NCBI GenBank assembly: GCA_048882325.1 | Contig: JBHLRS010000004.1 | Span: 70,425-134,424 of the forward strand | Direction of reading: 5' to 3' | Source: Candidatus Thorarchaeota archaeon | GTDB lineage: Archaea > Asgardarchaeota > Thorarchaeia > Thorarchaeales > Thorarchaeaceae | DNA length: 64,000 nt | Part shown: piece after piece, positions 29,648 to 39,383 of the stretch | Numbering within the stretch: position 1 is the first letter of the stretch | How the letters are laid out: each line of letters starts with the position of its first letter | The notes under the pieces: model-generated | What the model was told of the DNA's origin: nothing | What the model saw: the letters and a program-made list of their open reading frames with translations, nothing else | Databases searched by the model: none | Made by a program: the position numbers and the translations under genes

Positions 29648-31783
29648 GTGAGGAAGGGAATGAAACCTAAGCTCGTTGCATCGATAATAAGTATCGGACT
29701 CATATCGTTAATCGTTGTTTCTGGCTTTGGTCATGCTACCGCAGTACCAATGCCAATCAATCTGAAAATAGGTCCCTATGTGGACAATGCTGTTTACAAA
29801 GTTATTACCAATTCTGACCAAAGGATCCTAGCACTCCAAGCTGATGAGGTTGATCTTGACGCAAGTTTCTTTGATCCAGTGCATCTCGAAGCCTTGGACT
29901 TGGATCCAGATATAGACATTTTCAGCGCTTTGAGAAATGGATATGGCTATCTCACAATCAATTGCCGAGATTATCCGTTGAATATCAGTGGACTCAGACG
30001 AGCATTTGCTTATGCATTCGACAAGACCAATGTGACAGCAGATATAATGGATGGATTCTCTCAGGAGCATGACTCAGTGATTCCCTATGTGAATTCATGG
30101 TGTATTGAGGATGAAATGCCGTATCACTACTACACGGCACAGATTGCAATAGGCAACCAAATACTCAATGATTTGGGTTTTGCAATTGATGGTGGAACAG
30201 GATTTAGACTTGCTCCCAATGGGGCAGCATTTGATATTGAAGTCGAGTATCCATCATCATCTCCTGAGATTGGCGGAGGTGTAGCTCAGATTGCCGTGGA
30301 TGCACTTACAGCACTCCATATTGATGCTAGTGCGGTAGCTTCAGATTTCAATGATTATATTTCCAGGTTGGACAACCACGGAGCATATGACATGGTCTTC
30401 CTAGCTAAGAACTTTGGGAGCAACGATGTGGATTGGCTGGCATATGAATATTGGAGCGCTTTTTCTGATGTGGTATATCAAAACCCTTCAAACTTCGAGA
30501 ATGCTACATATGACAGCTGGAGAAACCAGCTTCTCTATGGTGTTACCTATGAGGAGGTCTATGAGGCAGCATCGGAGATGCAAAGTATTCTGCAATACAA
30601 TGTACCCATCCTTGTAGTATATGAAAACGTCTACTTTCAGGCATACAGAAATGACCAGTTCACTGGTCATGTTCCAGACTTCGCTGAGTATATTACAGGA
30701 CCATGGACTATGAGAAAAATCCACAACATAGATGGAACAACAGGAGGTACAGTTACCATAGCAATCAGCCAGGAACCGGACAGCTTCAATTTCTATGTTA
30801 CGAACTCGTTTTCTTCTTCAGCTATCTTGAAGAATTTACACGCAAGTCTGTTCAAGTACGGTCCTGACTTGACACCTCAAATGGACCTGGCTCAGTCGAT
30901 GCTAGTCGAAACACACACAGACAATCCTGCTGTGCCCACAGGACATACAAGATACACCATTGACATAATTCAGAATGCGACATGGACTGATGGGATGCCT
31001 CTTACAGCTGAGGATGTGGCGTTCACGTTCGTCTATCAGTATGAAAGTGGGACGTATGGAAATCCTGCGGCAGCAGACTTGAATGATCTTGTCGCAGCCT
31101 ATGCTCCGAATCCCTATACGGTGGTCATTGAGTTCGACAGTGAATCATATTGGCAGTTCGGAAGCTTTGCCTTCGAGTACATCATTCCTCAGCATATATT
31201 CAACGATGTCGATGGAATCGGCTACGCGGGATGGAACACCTGGAATCCTGTGCTGAATCCTGCGCATCCGAATGTTAACTGTGGTCCCTTCATATTCACT
31301 GACTATTCTGCTGGGAATTTCTATCAAATTTCAAAGAATCCCTTTTACCATTGGAGGGCACCAAACCCGCCTCCTGAGGTGAGTTCTCTGGGGTATATTG
31401 AGTACATAGAAGGAACCACAGGACATGAGATCGTTTGGCAAGCATCAGATGACAATCCATTGGTCTATATTGTATACAAAGATAGCCTTCCAATCATCTC
31501 AGACGTATGGGATGGAACCAATATAGTGGTAGACATCGATGGACTCACTGAGGGAATCTATAACTACACAATAGAATTGTATGACTATTCACTGAATATT
31601 GTCAGTGACACAGTCATAGTTAACGTGACATCCGCTATAACGACCACAAGTTCAACAAGCCCGACAACGCCAACCGGACCAGGTGGAGAATTACCTGACA
31701 TTATGGTGATTGCCATTGCCGGAGGTTCAATTGCTGTTATCATCATTGTGGTGGTGGCTATCTACAAAACTAAGAAAACCTAA
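29648..31783 (+). CDS. ABC transporter peptide-binding protein (SBP family 5) with Ig-like domain, Thr-rich linker and C-terminal TM anchor
   Basis: Signal peptide, RRAFAYAFDK, WTDG.PLTAEDVAFT, GPF, TTTSSTSPTTPT and a C-terminal TM followed by KTKKT. Confidence 0.88.
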   Translation: MRKGMKPKLVASIISIGLISLIVVSGFGHATAVPMPINLKIGPYVDNAVYKVITNSDQRILALQADEVDLDASFFDPVHLEALDLDPDIDIFSALRNGYGYLTINCRDYPLNISGLRRAFAYAFDKTNVTADIMDGFSQEHDSVIPYVNSWCIEDEMPYHYYTAQIAIGNQILNDLGFAIDGGTGFRLAPNGAAFDIEVEYPSSSPEIGGGVAQIAVDALTALHIDASAVASDFNDYISRLDNHGAYDMVFLAKNFGSNDVDWLAYEYWSAFSDVVYQNPSNFENATYDSWRNQLLYGVTYEEVYEAASEMQSILQYNVPILVVYENVYFQAYRNDQFTGHVPDFAEYITGPWTMRKIHNIDGTTGGTVTIAISQEPDSFNFYVTNSFSSSAILKNLHASLFKYGPDLTPQMDLAQSMLVETHTDNPAVPTGHTRYTIDIIQNATWTDGMPLTAEDVAFTFVYQYESGTYGNPAAADLNDLVAAYAPNPYTVVIEFDSESYWQFGSFAFEYIIPQHIFNDVDGIGYAGWNTWNPVLNPAHPNVNCGPFIFTDYSAGNFYQISKNPFYHWRAPNPPPEVSSLGYIEYIEGTTGHEIVWQASDDNPLVYIVYKDSLPIISDVWDGTNIVVDIDGLTEGIYNYTIELYDYSLNIVSDTVIVNVTSAITTTSSTSPTTPTGPGGELPDIMVIAIAGGSIAVIIIVVVAIYKTKKT

Positions 31784-31901
31784 TCCCATGACTACCAATC
31801 AGTCATAATGAACGTGCAAACGCGCGTAATATCGTGACATCACTCAATGTTTAATTACTCGTTTGTGTAGTTCTGTATAGTACCTTCCGGAGTCAGGAAT
31901 A

Positions 31902-32249
31902 TTGACGAGTTCTGAAAAGAGAAATGTCTGGATTAAGAGCCTTAGTGCAATGAAGGCATCTCTTGAGAGTTCCTATGAATTCAAGACTGTTGTCAAAGAG
32001 GAGAGAAGACTCCTTGAAGGACTGAGTGGTGTTAAGAAGGACTACATTGTCTTCTCCAGTTATAGAAGGAATGATGGTAGACGAAGGTTGGAAGACATCA
32101 AGAACGTAATTGATGTCGCTCTGGAGAAGATAGGTCACTGTAATTCCGATGAAGCATCCAAGGTATACCTTAAAACTCTGAAGACTGTGACGATGCAGAC
32201 ACGTTGGGCAGCAGTTCTTGAGTCCCTCTCAGAATACTCTCATTCCTAG
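31902..32249 (+). CDS. Hypothetical helical protein
   Basis: 115-aa ORF with a TTG start. Confidence 0.55.
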   Translation: MTSSEKRNVWIKSLSAMKASLESSYEFKTVVKEERRLLEGLSGVKKDYIVFSSYRRNDGRRRLEDIKNVIDVALEKIGHCNSDEASKVYLKTLKTVTMQTRWAAVLESLSEYSHS

Positions 32250-32316
32250 TTCCAATATAATGTCACTAAACCACCATTCATATGAAATTTCTAATTATGG
32301 ATTCCAAACCAAATAG

Positions 32317-32520
32317 GTGATTTTTATTCCAACAATACTAGACGAGAATTGTTGCGACGGGTGCGGGACTTGCGTCAAAACTTGTAGATATGGTGTCTAT
32401 GAAAAATTAGATGAGAAACCGCAAGTGGCTCATGTGCAGTATTGTAAGGAATGTGGAAACTGCATTGAAGAGTGTCCAAATGGATGCATTTCTTTTCGGG
32501 ACAGCATACGGAAGAGGTGA
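32317..32520 (+). CDS. 2x[4Fe-4S] ferredoxin
   Basis: CDGCGTCVKTC and CKECGNCIEECP. Confidence 0.88.
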   Translation: MIFIPTILDENCCDGCGTCVKTCRYGVYEKLDEKPQVAHVQYCKECGNCIEECPNGCISFRDSIRKR

Positions 32521-32527
32521 CTTGAAA

Positions 32528-32555
32528 ACAAAGAGAAAGGAGAGCCCGAAGGCTC
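32528..32555 (-). terminator. Hairpin plus pyrimidine tract after the DUF35 gene
   Basis: gagcc-cgaa-ggctc stem at 32542-32555, followed on the minus strand by a T/C-rich tract. Confidence 0.45.
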
Positions 32556-32564
32556 AACCTTTAG

Positions 32565-32978
32565 CTATACTAACCACTTGTATGTGGTCATCTTGTCTGT
32601 CGTTTCAAAAGCAAGCTTCAGTGGCATTCCAACTGTAGGAGGACCCATTGGATTGGTAATGTGTGCAGTCAGCCTCAGACCTGATGGGAACTCACCAATA
32701 GCAACAATGTAAGGTTGCTTTGATGACAGACTTGCGGGAGCAAAATCCACAATGACAAATGAGTAGAGTTTAGCTTCTCGCTCAGTGAACTCTGTTAGTT
32801 CACACTCGGTCATATCCTTCTGGCAGTGTTGTCTTGGTGGGAGATATTCAGATCCGCACTTGGGACATTTGCTCTTCATGAGCTTACCTTCATTAAGTGC
32901 CTCCAAAAACTTCTGGAAGAAAGGTGTCACAGCTTTGTCTGTGGAGTAACCTAGATAGATCTCCTTCTGTTCTGCCAT
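32565..32978 (-). CDS. DUF35 Zn-ribbon/OB-fold thiolase partner
   Basis: CPKCG...PPRQHC..D, PYIVAI; adjacent to the thiolase. Confidence 0.9.
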   Translation of the reverse strand: MAEQKEIYLGYSTDKAVTPFFQKFLEALNEGKLMKSKCPKCGSEYLPPRQHCQKDMTECELTEFTEREAKLYSFVIVDFAPASLSSKQPYIVAIGEFPSGLRLTAHITNPMGPPTVGMPLKLAFETTDKMTTYKWLV

Positions 32979-32981
32979 CCT

Positions 32982-34148
32982 CTACCAGCCCCTCTCAAAT
33001 ATGAATACGTTGACAAACTGACCTGACTGTCCGACATTGTGTGCCAGACCGTATTGAACATCATCAATTTGCCGTGACGGTTGATCAGCCTCGCCTCTCA
33101 TCTGTTTCAAGATTTCATAGGTCATTGAAACTCCTGTCGCACCAAGTGGATGGCCCTTGCTCTTAAGTCCACCATCGCAGTTCACAGGGATTCTACCATC
33201 ATGATAGTTCTCCTTGTTATCAACGAGCTCCGGACCCTTACCGGGTTCTGCAAATCCTAGGTCTTCGTAAGCAATCAGTTCAGCTATAGTGAAACAGTCA
33301 TGCACCTGGGCCATGTTGATATCCTTAGGTTCGAGACCCGCCATCTTGTATGCTGCTTGGCCTGCACGCTTCGCACCCGGAATTGATGTTAGAGTAGGAC
33401 GGTCTTGAATCATCATCTCAGAAGCTCCTGCGCCAATACCAGTGATCCACATTGGACTGTCTGTGAACTCTTTCACACGATCCTCAGCTGCAATAACCAC
33501 AGCAGCTGCACCATCTGTGATGAGGCTGCAGTCATACAGGTTCAATGGTCTGCAGATTGGTACTGCATTGTTCGCCTCTTCAAACGACACCTCTTTTGGT
33601 AGATGTGCCTTTGGATTCTGAGCGCCATAATGGTGCGACTTAACAGCAATCTTCGCCAATGTATCGTGTTCCATACCATACTCGCTCATATATCGAGAAG
33701 CCATGAGTGCATAGAATGCAGGGAAACTAATACCAAATGGGTATTCCCAACGCATATCACCAGCCTGAGACATGTACTCTGTTGCTGTAGCTGATGAAAC
33801 ACGATTCATTTGCTCAACACCTAGAACAAGCATGACATCATAAAGACCTGATGCTACCATTCCCCACGCAGCACGCAGGCTAGCAGTTCCAGTTGTACAG
33901 GCTGACTCAACTCTCATATGCGGTTTATCATGTAATCCAATATAGTCAGCAATCAAGGCAGATCCTGCACCTTGGCCACTGAACTGTGATGCAGCATATG
34001 AGAGGACACTTGCATCAATCTTGTCCTGACTGATTCCTTCGTCGTATATTGGTTTGTAGGCCTCAGCACAGAGTTCTCTCATTGTGGCATCGTATCTTTT
34101 TCCAAACTTGCTATGGCCACCTGCGACCACAGCAACCTTTCTTGCCAA
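32982..34148 (-). CDS. Thiolase (archaeal/SCP-x type)
   Basis: ESAC, DCS.ITDGAAA, HDCFT, GGLKSKGHPLGATG and HNVG. Confidence 0.93.
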   Translation of the reverse strand: MARKVAVVAGGHSKFGKRYDATMRELCAEAYKPIYDEGISQDKIDASVLSYAASQFSGQGAGSALIADYIGLHDKPHMRVESACTTGTASLRAAWGMVASGLYDVMLVLGVEQMNRVSSATATEYMSQAGDMRWEYPFGISFPAFYALMASRYMSEYGMEHDTLAKIAVKSHHYGAQNPKAHLPKEVSFEEANNAVPICRPLNLYDCSLITDGAAAVVIAAEDRVKEFTDSPMWITGIGAGASEMMIQDRPTLTSIPGAKRAGQAAYKMAGLEPKDINMAQVHDCFTIAELIAYEDLGFAEPGKGPELVDNKENYHDGRIPVNCDGGLKSKGHPLGATGVSMTYEILKQMRGEADQPSRQIDDVQYGLAHNVGQSGQFVNVFIFERGW

Positions 34149-34349
34149 GTTTTCTATCCTCCATGGGAAGAGCCATCTCTGCTATATCAGAGGCTAGCTC
34201 ATATTGTTTACAGTATGTAACTCTCCATTAAGTAGGGGGTCTTAAGGTTGACGATTAGTCATCAAAAAGGAGTTGATATTCGATAGGGTATGATTTCGTG
34301 TTTCTGGGTGGAGGCAACATTAATGACGCCAATCTAGTGTATAAGGTGT

Positions 34350-34820
34350 ATGACAATTGCTGAAACTTTAATTTTTGAGATGAGTTCGACCTTTAAGATG
34401 ATTCGACAAGCTGTATCGAGAATGGATAGCGACTTCTGGAAAGAAGATGAGAAAGATTGGGTATACGCCTACATTCTATTCCATATCGTGGAAGCGATTG
34501 AGTTCTATAATAGTCCGTCAGAAAAAGAGTGGGAGCCAATCAATGATGTATCTGCAAACTCCAGGAAGAAAGAAACGGAGTCACTTCTGAGGAAGGACAA
34601 GCAATTCTTCGAAGATTATGTTTCCCGCGTAGAAGATCAAACAATGAAGATTTTTGAGAACCTGAGTGAGAATGATGTTCTGGGAAACGATGGTTTTGCA
34701 CCTAGGGGATTCAAATCGATTCTACACAAGTACATCTATGTCATGCGACATTGCATGTATCATTTGGGAGAATTGACAAAGTCATTGCGTGCACGTGATA
34801 TGGATAGGATAATCTGGTAA
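34350..34820 (+). CDS. DinB-family protein
   Basis: His in ILFH and HxxYHLGE in a four-helix-bundle pattern. Confidence 0.8.
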   Translation: MTIAETLIFEMSSTFKMIRQAVSRMDSDFWKEDEKDWVYAYILFHIVEAIEFYNSPSEKEWEPINDVSANSRKKETESLLRKDKQFFEDYVSRVEDQTMKIFENLSENDVLGNDGFAPRGFKSILHKYIYVMRHCMYHLGELTKSLRARDMDRIIW

Positions 34821-34838
34821 GTTAGGTCAGTGAGTGAC

Positions 34839-34871
34839 AAAGAAAGAGAAGATCCTCCCAAGGGGGGAGGA
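34839..34871 (-). terminator. Hairpin terminator after ECH gene
   Basis: tcctccc...gggagga stem at 34853-34871, followed on the minus strand by a T/C tract. Confidence 0.5.
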
Positions 34872-34881
34872 CCGAATAATC

Positions 34882-35694
34882 TTACTCTCCAGTGAACTTG
34901 CCTCGGCGTTTCTCAAAAACGGAGGCAATTCCCTCAGCAAGATCCTTAGTGTGGAAACATTGAACACCCGCGTCGACTTGAAACTCGAAATTTTGTTTAT
35001 AGTCACTCTCGAAAGCCATATGTGTCGCCTGTTTTGCAAGCTTCAAAGCTACTGGTGCATTTCCACCAAACTTCGCTCCGAACCACATGGCTTGGCTTAA
35101 CAACTCATCCTTGCCAACGACTTTGCTCACAAGGCCTATATCCAGAGCCTCTTGCGCTGTGACCTGTCCGCCAGTTAGAATCATTTCCATCGCCTTTCCG
35201 AGTCCAACGATTCTTGGGAGTCTAGCGCATCCTCCCCATGATGGAATTAATCCAATTCCAACCTCTACTGCTCCAAGCTTTGCCTCAGTATCACAGATTC
35301 GGATGTCAGAGGCGAGAGCAAGTTCGAAACCACCGCCAAGACAGAGCCCATTAATGGCTGCTATTACTGGCTTGGAGAGCTTTGCAACAGTATCAATAGC
35401 TTCGATACCTTGTTCCAAAAGCGGTCGGACTTCATCAGGTGTGCTCAGGAGTGCTTGCGCCTCCTTCAAGTCTGCACCAACACCAAACACTTTTTCGTGC
35501 GTTGATGCGATTACGACTGACCTTACCTCTGGATCGTTTTCAGCCTCTTTCAGAGCTTCAACAAGCTCGTTGAGGATAGTTGCGTTGAAGGCATTCATGG
35601 CATCAACGCGATTCATCTTGATTACGGCTACGTTCTTCGCAGGTGAAAGAAACGAACCCTCCTTTGAGTAAAGTAATGTTTCATATTCTGGCAC
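34882..35694 (-). CDS. Enoyl-CoA hydratase/isomerase
   Basis: GADL, GGGFELALASD and E..IGLIPSWGG. Confidence 0.92.
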   Translation of the reverse strand: MPEYETLLYSKEGSFLSPAKNVAVIKMNRVDAMNAFNATILNELVEALKEAENDPEVRSVVIASTHEKVFGVGADLKEAQALLSTPDEVRPLLEQGIEAIDTVAKLSKPVIAAINGLCLGGGFELALASDIRICDTEAKLGAVEVGIGLIPSWGGCARLPRIVGLGKAMEMILTGGQVTAQEALDIGLVSKVVGKDELLSQAMWFGAKFGGNAPVALKLAKQATHMAFESDYKQNFEFQVDAGVQCFHTKDLAEGIASVFEKRRGKFTGE

Positions 35695-35794
35695 GTATAT
35701 CCACCTTTTGGGAGACTATGTTTTTTCGAGAGTAGTGAATGACTTATAAACCTCATTTATCGAGGTTGTAGGTTGCCCACTTTCAGTTGATTTT

Positions 35795-35829
35795 AAAAAA
35801 GAAGAACTAGACAGGGTTTTGACCCTGTC
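35795..35829 (-). terminator. Hairpin plus U-tract terminator after HAD gene
   Basis: gacagggt-tttg-accctgtc stem at 35810-35829, then TTCTTCTTTTTT on the minus strand. Confidence 0.6.
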
Positions 35830-35837
35830 AGTTTGTT

Positions 35838-36959
35838 CTAGCTTAGATACTTTGGCACTGAATAGCAGTCTCCAAAATCCTCGTGCAGCTTCTTGATGAA
35901 GTCACGGACCTTGTCGACACCAAACTGCTCGAGCATTTCGAAGGGGCCCATAGGCCAACTTGCACCGAGCTTCATAGCCATATTGATGTCTTCTACGGAT
36001 GCAATACCATCATCAACAAGAAGCATTGCCTCTCGGATAGCGGGAATGTTGATACGCTCAACAATCCAATTAGGATCTGCACCCTTTGGATCTTTAACCT
36101 CATCCTCTTCAGCACCATAGGAATAAAAGCCCTGCTTGGACTTCATACCGATGTGACCTGCATCAAAAAGCTTCTTGAGGGTTTCAGGAGGTTTGAAGCA
36201 GTCTCCAATCTCTCGATAGAGTGTCGACATAGCATTGAAGGTTATATCCAAACCAACGAAATCCCCAAGTGTGAAGGGACCTGCAGGCGCCTTTCCCACA
36301 CTAACCATTGCTGTGTCAATCTCCTCTTTTGTTGCTTCACCACGCTCTAGCATCAGAAGTGCTTCACGCATGGCAGGCATTAGAAGGCGATTGACAATGA
36401 AGCCAGGACTATTCTTAGCTATCACAGTTTGTTTTCCTTGGGTCTTGCCTACATTCTCACAAGTAGAAATCGTTTCATCAGTTGTCTTATCACCAACAAC
36501 TATCTCAAGGAGCTTCATTGCTGGGACAGGTGAGAAGTAGTGCATTCCTATGAATTTCTCAGGTCTTTTTGTGGCACTTGCTAGCTCATCAATGCTTAAC
36601 GAGGACGTGTTTGTCGCCAAAATCGTATGCTCTGGTGCAGCCGCATCTATCTTAGTGAAGACTTCTTTCTTGACTTCCATGTTCTCAAAGATAGCTTCGA
36701 TGACCAGATCAGCGTCTTTGACAGCCTCCTCGGTGTTGGTTGTGGCTTTTAGGCGACTCATGAGACCTTCTGCATCACTCATTGAAATCTTCCCTTTGTC
36801 GATACCAGTCATGACATCTGTGCGGATTCGCTCCATGCCAGCATCGACAAACTCCTGCTTTATGTCTACGACAGTGACTTCGAAACCATTCCATGCTGAA
36901 ACATAGGCTATACCCGCACCCATCAGCCCTGCGCCTATGACCGCGATTTTTTTGACCAT
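35838..36959 (-). CDS. 3-hydroxyacyl-CoA dehydrogenase (paralog of 26758-27888)
   Basis: Same motifs as copy 1. Confidence 0.93.
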   Translation of the reverse strand: MVKKIAVIGAGLMGAGIAYVSAWNGFEVTVVDIKQEFVDAGMERIRTDVMTGIDKGKISMSDAEGLMSRLKATTNTEEAVKDADLVIEAIFENMEVKKEVFTKIDAAAPEHTILATNTSSLSIDELASATKRPEKFIGMHYFSPVPAMKLLEIVVGDKTTDETISTCENVGKTQGKQTVIAKNSPGFIVNRLLMPAMREALLMLERGEATKEEIDTAMVSVGKAPAGPFTLGDFVGLDITFNAMSTLYREIGDCFKPPETLKKLFDAGHIGMKSKQGFYSYGAEEDEVKDPKGADPNWIVERINIPAIREAMLLVDDGIASVEDINMAMKLGASWPMGPFEMLEQFGVDKVRDFIKKLHEDFGDCYSVPKYLS

Positions 36960-36971
36960 TTGTATGACCTC

Positions 36972-37331
36972 CTACATCGCACCCATCATTACAGCTAAGA
37001 TAAGATTGGCAAGAGCATCACTCTCATGAGCATTTCCAATCACTTCAAGACTGCCGTCCTTCATGGTGTCCTTGAATGGTATATCACCAGTGAATATACC
37101 AAGCAAAGTTTCAGCATTCGACTTGTAGATAACATCAGGACTGGGATAAACACCTTCGAAGAGGTCAATCCTTTCTTTTGTAACAACCATGTACTGCGAT
37201 CCCTCCTCAGTGTGTACCTGAAGGATCTTTCCATGATATGGACCAACCCAATCAGCAAGTTGTTTCTTTAGGTCCTCCTTTGTATTGCATTGCGTTTGAA
37301 GGAACTTGAAAAATTCTTGTAGTTGAGACAT
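36972..37331 (-). CDS. SCP2 sterol/lipid-carrier domain protein
   Basis: PDV......ETLLGIFTG......MKDGSLEVIGN is the SCP2 pattern. Confidence 0.78.
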   Translation of the reverse strand: MSQLQEFFKFLQTQCNTKEDLKKQLADWVGPYHGKILQVHTEEGSQYMVVTKERIDLFEGVYPSPDVIYKSNAETLLGIFTGDIPFKDTMKDGSLEVIGNAHESDALANLILAVMMGAM

Positions 37332-37334
37332 CTT

Positions 37335-37862
37335 TTAGTCCTCCTTTGCTATCCAGTCATCCACTGCCTCATGCATTACAGCTTCCACTGATGTCGCCCA
37401 GATGTTGCCTTTCTTCTCTTTCACCTTGTCAAGAAATGCATCATACTTGTCGCCGTCCATTAGGACAACCACTCTGCCCTTTCTATCATTGATGAAAGCC
37501 TGGTGAATCATCTTCTTTGTGTTCCAGTACTCATGTTGGATGTCACCTTCCTTAAGTCGGGGATAGAAAGGCCATTCACCTGTTGGATGTGGTCTATAGG
37601 ATTTTCCACCGCTTTTCCACCTGGCAACCTTGTCACCAGTGGCTTCCTTAAAGCCAGGTCTGAAAGGCCATTGTGGAACATAGCGGAATCCTTTCTCTCC
37701 ATCTACTACTCCACCGGACCAACGACCAGTGTAGACACGTCCACCTTTGTTGTCGCAGAACTGTTCCATTACAACTTCGATGAAACCTTCAGGAGTTAGA
37801 CCCGCCTCTTCAGCCAATTTCTTCATGTTTTCTAGAGTTTCTCCTTCAAAATTGACGTCCAT
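37335..37862 (-). CDS. Hypothetical protein with possible RHH modules at both termini
   Basis: Both ends show beta-alpha-alpha patterns; internal WPF.P..KE repeat. Confidence 0.6.
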   Translation of the reverse strand: MDVNFEGETLENMKKLAEEAGLTPEGFIEVVMEQFCDNKGGRVYTGRWSGGVVDGEKGFRYVPQWPFRPGFKEATGDKVARWKSGGKSYRPHPTGEWPFYPRLKEGDIQHEYWNTKKMIHQAFINDRKGRVVVLMDGDKYDAFLDKVKEKKGNIWATSVEAVMHEAVDDWIAKED

Positions 37863-37863
37863 A

Positions 37864-38625
37864 TTATTTGTCCTCCTTCCTGAATGCTATCCTCTTGTAG
37901 GGCTTACCCCAGCGTTCCTCATACATGAGTCCTTCAAGTGGAGCTCTGCTTGGGCCTAAGGCTCTCGGGGATACACGTTTGCCAATACAAAATGCGGTTA
38001 GTGGTTCCCAAATCGGCGGGATTCCTAGCCTATCTCTGATTAGTTCTGCATGACGTGGATCTGAACAGACAAGAGCCTCATATGCACATCCATAGCCAAG
38101 TTCAGTGGCGGTCAACCACATATTTTGAACTGCCATTCCACAGACAACTGATCCGAATAATGAGTTGGGATATAGATATCCAGCATCATGCCATGAATCA
38201 CTTGCACAAACGATGATTACTGTGTCACTCTTTTCGGGATATCTGAATAGCTCACCATCTCTAAGTCTGGCGTATACAGCAGCCCTATAGGGATCACTGA
38301 TGAACCAGTTTCTTCCACTAGTGAGCTCAAATGGAGCTCCTCCAAAAGCCGTCTGAGCCATTTCCTGTGCAATATCAGCAAGAAATTCTTTGGTTTCTTG
38401 GTCGTCGCGTATGACAACAAAACGCATCATCAACATGTTCTCGGGACTTGGAGCATGTCGAGCTGCTTCCAATATCAGCTCGACGTCCTCATCGGGTATT
38501 TTCTCGCCAGTAAACTCTCGGATAGAGCGTCGCTCCCGAATCCATCTGAGAGATTCAAGATCTTTTGCGACTTTTACTTCTTCCTCGGCTTTACCAGCTG
38601 CTTTACTCTCTGCATCTGCAGCCAT
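37864..38625 (-). CDS. Nitroreductase-family flavoprotein (copy 2)
   Basis: Highly similar to 27892-28659; ATG 38625 preferred as start. Confidence 0.88.
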   Translation of the reverse strand: MAADAESKAAGKAEEEVKVAKDLESLRWIRERRSIREFTGEKIPDEDVELILEAARHAPSPENMLMMRFVVIRDDQETKEFLADIAQEMAQTAFGGAPFELTSGRNWFISDPYRAAVYARLRDGELFRYPEKSDTVIIVCASDSWHDAGYLYPNSLFGSVVCGMAVQNMWLTATELGYGCAYEALVCSDPRHAELIRDRLGIPPIWEPLTAFCIGKRVSPRALGPSRAPLEGLMYEERWGKPYKRIAFRKEDK

Positions 38626-39028
38626 TTGTGTTATACACCTCAACGTATTGTTGAACGGACCGGGTAATTATGAGCTACCATAAATGTATTCCTAGAAGTC
38701 GGGATTCAACGAAGAAAATCCATATCTTGTCGATTTCTTGATTCTTCATAGAATAGACCCTGACGATACCCTGAGTAGTTCCTTATCATACTCTGAGTAG
38801 TGACCCAGTATTGGCTACAATATACAAGCTGACATATGGAGAAATCTCGGATTGTTTTCTGAGCGTACATTGCTCCTCCCGGCGTATGTGCGTTCATCTC
38901 TTTATGAACCGGGAGCTGTAATGCTCCCTCCAATCACGATAGAGATGATTTCGGTATTGAATATCAACCTAGTATTACACACAGTGATATTCACGTATGA
39001 CGCTGAACATACTCAGGTGATTATCGAG

Positions 39029-39169
39029 ATGAAGCTCGTAACATTACATATACCGGAGACTTATGTCGATGGGCTAGAGAAGCTTGTAGAGAGCAATCTC
39101 TATCCCAACAGATCCGAAGCCATCCGAATTGCTATTCGTGACTTGCTCAAGAGAGAGCTGTGGGGTTGA
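39029..39169 (+). CDS. cdrS: Ribbon-helix-helix regulator, CdrS-like
   Basis: MKLVTLHIPETYVDGLEKLVESNLYPNRSEAIRIAIRDLL with the PNRSEAIR motif; AGGTGA SD before ATG 39029. Confidence 0.75.
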   Translation: MKLVTLHIPETYVDGLEKLVESNLYPNRSEAIRIAIRDLLKRELWG

Positions 39170-39205
39170 TCTCAAAATGGAGCCCCACAAGCTCCATTCT
39201 TTTTC
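39156..39205 (+). terminator. Stem-loop plus U-tract after the RHH gene
   Basis: gagctgtgggg...ccccacaagctc followed by cattctttttcc. Confidence 0.5.
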
Positions 39206-39383
39206 CTAACATCCTAGATTCATTCAAATGCGAACTCAGAGACGGGGTTCTGCGAACGCGCCACCACATGAGGCGCATTAGCTGTAGAAGAAACTTTGAT
39301 ATTATCTCTTATTGGTGAATATATGATAAGAGATATCTCAAATTTCAAGTAGTGTTATCAAAATTCGTCTAGAGGCGTAGCGA

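Noticed and set aside
3369-36974. Several in-frame TAG-ATG junctions (tRNA-binding/MazG at 3372, glpA/glpB at 21419, thiolase/DUF35 at 32982, SCP2/HAD at 36972), suggesting pyrrolysine or amber read-through fusions
   Set aside because: Each downstream gene has its own ATG and is normally a separate protein. Tight operon packing explains the pattern, and no pyl genes are in the window.
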